A program made the translations under genes and the position numbers. The notes below the pieces were generated by a model. That model worked only from the letters and a program-made list of their open reading frames with translations, was not told where the DNA came from and made no database searches. DNA of 38,223 nucleotides from Octopus bimaculoides (Eukaryota): positions 8,879,957 through 8,918,179 of the forward strand of contig NC_068981.1 of assembly GCF_001194135.2 (NCBI RefSeq), in the 5' to 3' direction. The number at the start of each line of letters is the position of its first letter. Position 1 is the first letter of the stretch. This document shows, one piece after another, positions 33,766 to 38,223 of this stretch.

Positions 33766-36228
33766 AACTGTAAAATAAGAAGGCACTTGGAAGGAACCTA
33801 ATAATTGGATACTGATGCAAGAAGCTGACATTTTATAGAAACCAATTGATATGTATGTTCAAAAGGACTATGGAAGGTCACTGATATACCAAATTGGCTT
33901 GCTGCAGCAAGGACAAATCTTGTTGCCAGACAAGAAATTACAGGTTCATTGCTTGCCTAAACATTATGTACAAACTGTACACAAGTTGCCTCAACCAATT
34001 CCATTGTTAATCAACAACATTGTGACTGATGAATAGGCTAGTGGAAAGAAGGGGGTCTGTAGAGAGACTCATAAAAATATGGACAACTATTTTTACCCTT
34101 ACAACTGAGAACAGAATAATTGTTTCTAATAGTATAGGCATTTCATAGGGAACGTTCCAAGGAGATAATCTTTCTGTACTTCTTTTAATTTTGGCACTGA
34201 ATCCATTATCGTTCCTACTACAGAAAACAAATGGTTACATGCTAGGATCTTCAACTTCTAGAAATATCAATGAAACTCATAATTTCTCTGTAGACGACTT
34301 CAAGATTTATGTTAAAAGTGTTAACAAAGCCCAAAAACAACTGGAATTAATAATATTTTTGGCCAAAAGAAATATTCATATTTGGTTATAGGACGAGGAA
34401 AGCCAGGCCCCTAAACCCAAACCTGCGCATCAACCGTCTCTCTATCTTCCCCATTCCACACAAAGAATATTACAAGTACCTTGGCATAGACGAAACCGTA
34501 TCATATGAAGACATTGTGAATAAAGATAGAGTGACCCGAGAATATTACACCAGACTTGGGAAAATATGGCAATCGGAACTCTCCTCTTACAACAAAACAA
34601 TATCGCACAATTCATTTGTAGTACCAGTGCTGATCCCAACATTTAGGATACTTGATTGGTCTGTAGGGGAAATCCACTCCATAGATATCAAAATCCGCAA
34701 AATGCTGACAACAACTGGAAACTTCCACAGAAACAGTGATGTTGACAGGCTCTATATAAGAAATGGAGATGGTAGAGGCCTGAGATCAGTGCAGACGGCC
34801 TATGATATCACTCAGGCAGCACCTGCTAAACAACAGCGGCAAATATATANNNNNNNNNNNNNNNNNNNNNNNNNNNNNNNNNNNNNNNNNNNNNNNNNNN
34901 NNNNNNNNNNNNNNNNNNNNNNNNNNNNNNNNNNNNNNNNNNNNNNNNNNNNNNNNNNNNNNNNNNNNNNNNNNNNNNNNNNNNNNNNNNNNNNNNNNNN
35001 NNNNNNNNNNNNNNNNNNNNNNNNNNNNNNNNNNNNNNNNNNNNNNNNNNNNNNNNNNNNNNNNNNNNNNNNNNNNNNNNNNNNNNNNNNNNNNNNNNNN
35101 NNNNNNNNNNNNNNNNNNNNNNNNNNNNNNNNNNNNNNNNNNNNNNNNNNNNNNNNNNNNNNNNNNNNNNNNNNNNNNNNNNNNNNNNNNNNNNNNNNNN
35201 NNNNNNNNNNNNNNNNNNNNNNNNNNNNNNNNNNNNNNNNNNNNNNNNNNNNNNNNNNNNNNNNNNNNNNNNNNNNNNNNNNNNNNNNNNNNNNNNNNNN
35301 NNNNNNNNNNNNNNNNNNNNNNNNNNNNNNNNNNNNNNNNNNNNNNNNNNNNNNNNNNNNNNNNNNNNNNNNNNNNNNNNNNNNNNNNNNNNNNNNNNNN
35401 NNNNNNNNNNNNNNNNNNNNNNNNNNNNNNNNNNNNNNNNNNNNNNNNNNNNNNNNNNNNNNNNNNNNNNNNNNNNNNNNNNNNNNNNNNNNNNNNNNNN
35501 NNNNNNNNNNNNNNNNNNNNNNNNNNNNNNNNNNNNNNNNNNNNNNNNNNNNNNNNNNNNNNNNNNNNNNNNNNNNNNNNNNNNNNNNNNNNNNGTCAAG
35601 GTACTTACCTCCCTATGCGGCACGATATTGTTGCTAAAACAATTTACAATGCCACCCACAAAAAAGACTGTCCTGAAATTAAACTTAGAAAATCCCTCTG
35701 TTATGGAATACATTCATAAACACCGACTCAAGGAATACTGGTGGAATATTCCCATCAAAACTTCTGTCAAATGTAAACATAACAGGCCAGATATTGTCGT
35801 TTGGGACAGAGGAGCAAAGGTATGTGCCATCATAGAGGTTAGCTACTCTGTAGATATAAATATTTCTTTGAAAATCAAAGAAAAAGAGGATATCTATGGA
35901 CAACTGCTTCGAAACCTCCAGCTTCTATATCTAGATTGTGAATTCATATTCATACCAAAAATAATTGGAGCGCAAGGTTTTGTTAGTAAATGCTTAAAGG
36001 AGAATCTGGTTAAACTGCAGTTTTCAGAAAGAGAAATCGACCGGATGATTCGTACAATATAAGTGCAATCTGTGAGTGGAACAGTAAAAATATGCAAGAC
36101 TATTTTCAAGTTCCAAATGTAAATGTATCCGTGTTGACTACATCCCAAAGATGGAGCCTTGTATCTTTGTTGGAAACCGGATCCCTCATCAGTGGAAGAT
36201 TTATAATAATTAAAAAGAATATAAGAGA
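33766..36228 (+). mobile_element. Longest R4-like RLE LINE copy (family A): 5'-truncated RT through endonuclease to 3' end, interrupted by a gap
   Basis: NYRFIACLNIMYKLYTS; FQGDNLSVLLLILALNPLSFLL; HNFSVDDFKIY; YKYLG; NFHRNSDVDRLY..GRGL; after the gap RYLPMRHD..KHNRPDIVVWD..IEVS..KEKEDIY..TVKICKTIFKFQM*. Multiple stops and frameshifts. Confidence 0.92.
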
Positions 36229-36344
36229 TGCATACATACATGCACACATGCATAATACATAAATACATACATATAATTATAGACATACTTTCAATGTCTG
36301 TGATATCTGGCTTATACACAAATTTAATATATACACATACCTCT

Positions 36345-36384
<40 letters not shown>

Positions 36385-37335
36385 NNNNNNNNNNNNNNNN
36401 NNNNNNNNNNNNNNNNNNNNNNNNNNNNNNNNNNNNNNNNNNNNNNNNNNNNNNNNNNNNNNNNNNNNNNNNNNNNNNNNNNNNNNNNNNNNNNNNNNNN
36501 NNNNNNNNNNNNNNNNNNNNNNNNNNNNNNNNNNNNNNNNNNNNNNNNNNNNNNNNNNNNNNNNNNNNNNNNNNNNNNNNNNNNNNNNNNNNNNNNNNNN
36601 NNNNNNNNNNNNNNNNNNNNNNNNNNNNNNNNNNNNNNNNNNNNNNNNNNNNNNNNNNTTTAAAGCATTTTCGCAGCATTAAGGCCTGTAACTTGAAGTG
36701 TATCCAGTCGCTTTCCTCCAAATTTGCAACAAACATTAATCATGCTCCTCAAATTGCTGTTGACTAAAAGAAATTTCCGACGCCGACCATGGACCCCGTA
36801 AAAATGCAGATTAATCATATTTGAATATACTGCATTGGATTTTATCTTTTTTTAAAGGCTATTTTCCGACAATAAAGTATTGACACTACTTATGTATTAT
36901 AAGTAGCGTATAATATTTCATGAAAACCTTTTTGTCCAATTTGGCAGAGGAAATGAGAAGAACATTAAAATTATTGTCCGCGCCCTGTTGATGTTTCATG
37001 TTACCATCCCACGCACTACCAGGGCATGTGTGTGCGTGTGCAGCTGGGTAAAGGCACAGCAAACCGATTTATCCATTCTCCGGAAGTGCCATGCTGATGG
37101 TTCACATTTCCAGTCCTGCGCAACGCAGCGTGGCCCGGCAGCATTTCTGCTTTCTATGTCATCCATGTCTAAGCTATATAATGCAAACTGTTCATACGAA
37201 AAAAAAGCTGTTGTTGTGACTCACAACCATTTGTGTTTGACCACGTGACCACTTCTAGAAGCTACTCTCGCCACTTGCAATTATCCCCCCACCCCCCAGT
37301 GTTCCTTCTCCCCGTTTAGTTGGACGACTAAAACA

Positions 37336-37812
37336 CAGGGTGTCCTAGAATTAATAATGATTTGAGTGAAATCGGATGCATTTTTTTAAAACTCACTTTT
37401 ATTTATGTTTATCATGTTTAATATGTGTTAAAAGTTTATAAATTTTGAATTTTGCTTATAATTTTATTTTCATTCCTGTTGGACCCCTCTTATTTGTCTA
37501 TGACAGCTTTTTTTCCATTTGGCAGCAATCATTTTCTTTACCTCCACTCCCAAGATGGAGCAATCGTTTAACTGAGCTTAAAGAACACATTCAGTTAGCA
37601 GTGCAGGAATTAACTCCTGAAATGCTTCAAAATGTGTTTCACAATGCTAAGGAGAGATTTGAAGTATGCAGGGATACAGACATGTTGATAATTTTCAATA
37701 AAAGTTTCACAAGATTTATAAATCTATTTGTTTTGGTAATAAACATAAAATTCTGTCAGTTTATTAAAAATTTGCTCAATTTCATTGAAATAGTTAATTC
37801 TGGAACCCTCTG
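37336..37812 (+). mobile_element. Internally deleted Tc1/mariner-superfamily element (MITE-like)
   Basis: Imperfect TIRs CAGGGTGTCCTAGAATTAA (37336) and reverse complement CAGAGGGTTCCAGAATTAA (ends 37812, then TA). The internal LTELKEHIQLAVQELTPEMLQNVFHNAKERFEVC resembles a transposase C-terminus. Confidence 0.7.
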
Positions 37813-37941
37813 TATGGTGTAGCGTTGTTGTTGAGTTGCTCAAATATTAAAACCGAAGGTCTTCTCGCCGTAAACATCCCATCTTTTTGTTAAGCATATT
37901 GTATCAAGGAGTATATCATCCAAAATGTATCTCTCCTTTAT

Positions 37942-38062
37942 AGGCGTGGCTGTGTGGCTGAGAAGCTTGCTTTCCAACCATCTCGCCTTGGATTCAGTCC
38001 CACTGTGCGAGACAAGGAGCAATTCTCTTTCATTACAGTTCCGTGCCGACCAAAGCCTTGTG
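37942..38062 (+). mobile_element. Family-2 SINE, 3'-truncated
   Basis: GGCGTGGCTGTGTGG head, GGATTCAGTCCCAC B-box and GCCGACCAAAGCCTTGTG shared with 1497-1670. Confidence 0.72.
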
Positions 38063-38223
38063 TATTATATAATTGCCATTACTGTATTGATATATAAAAT
38101 AACGCATACAGCTCACTTATTATTGTCATACAATAAACAAACAAAAGTTCGTGTATGAATTTGATCTTTTTTCTACTTCAATTATTACGTTTTTTTTTCC
38201 TCATAAAATACACACATACAGGA

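Overview
Repeat-dense animal genomic DNA from a draft assembly (14 N-gaps, about 7 kb in total, most bordered by microsatellites). The SINE families and (TA)n/(CA)n/(TAA)n landscape point to a cephalopod, probably Octopus; this is inferred from recalled repeat families, not from a search. One host gene is visible on the + strand: a sodium:solute symporter of the SLC5A5/6/8/12 subfamily. Coding exon 1 is at 3529-3876 and a 66-nt exon 2 at 22360-22425, separated by an 18.5-kb GT-AG intron; later exons were not found. The rest is mobile DNA and simple repeats: tRNA-derived SINEs of at least three families, six fragments of restriction-like-endonuclease (R4/Dong-type) LINEs, a decayed CR1-type LINE, two Penelope-like (Naiad-type) GIY-YIG fragments, three Tc1/mariner relics and a processed pseudogene of myosin regulatory light chain. 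The most interesting unexplained signals are five type I hammerhead-ribozyme-like motifs, one inside a 335-bp-period direct repeat (Penelope pLTR or retrozyme-like). Also notable are an R4-like LINE family associated with (CATA)n, and a perfect 242-bp palindrome beside a gap that may be an artefact. None of this is shown to be a new system; these are leads to test.
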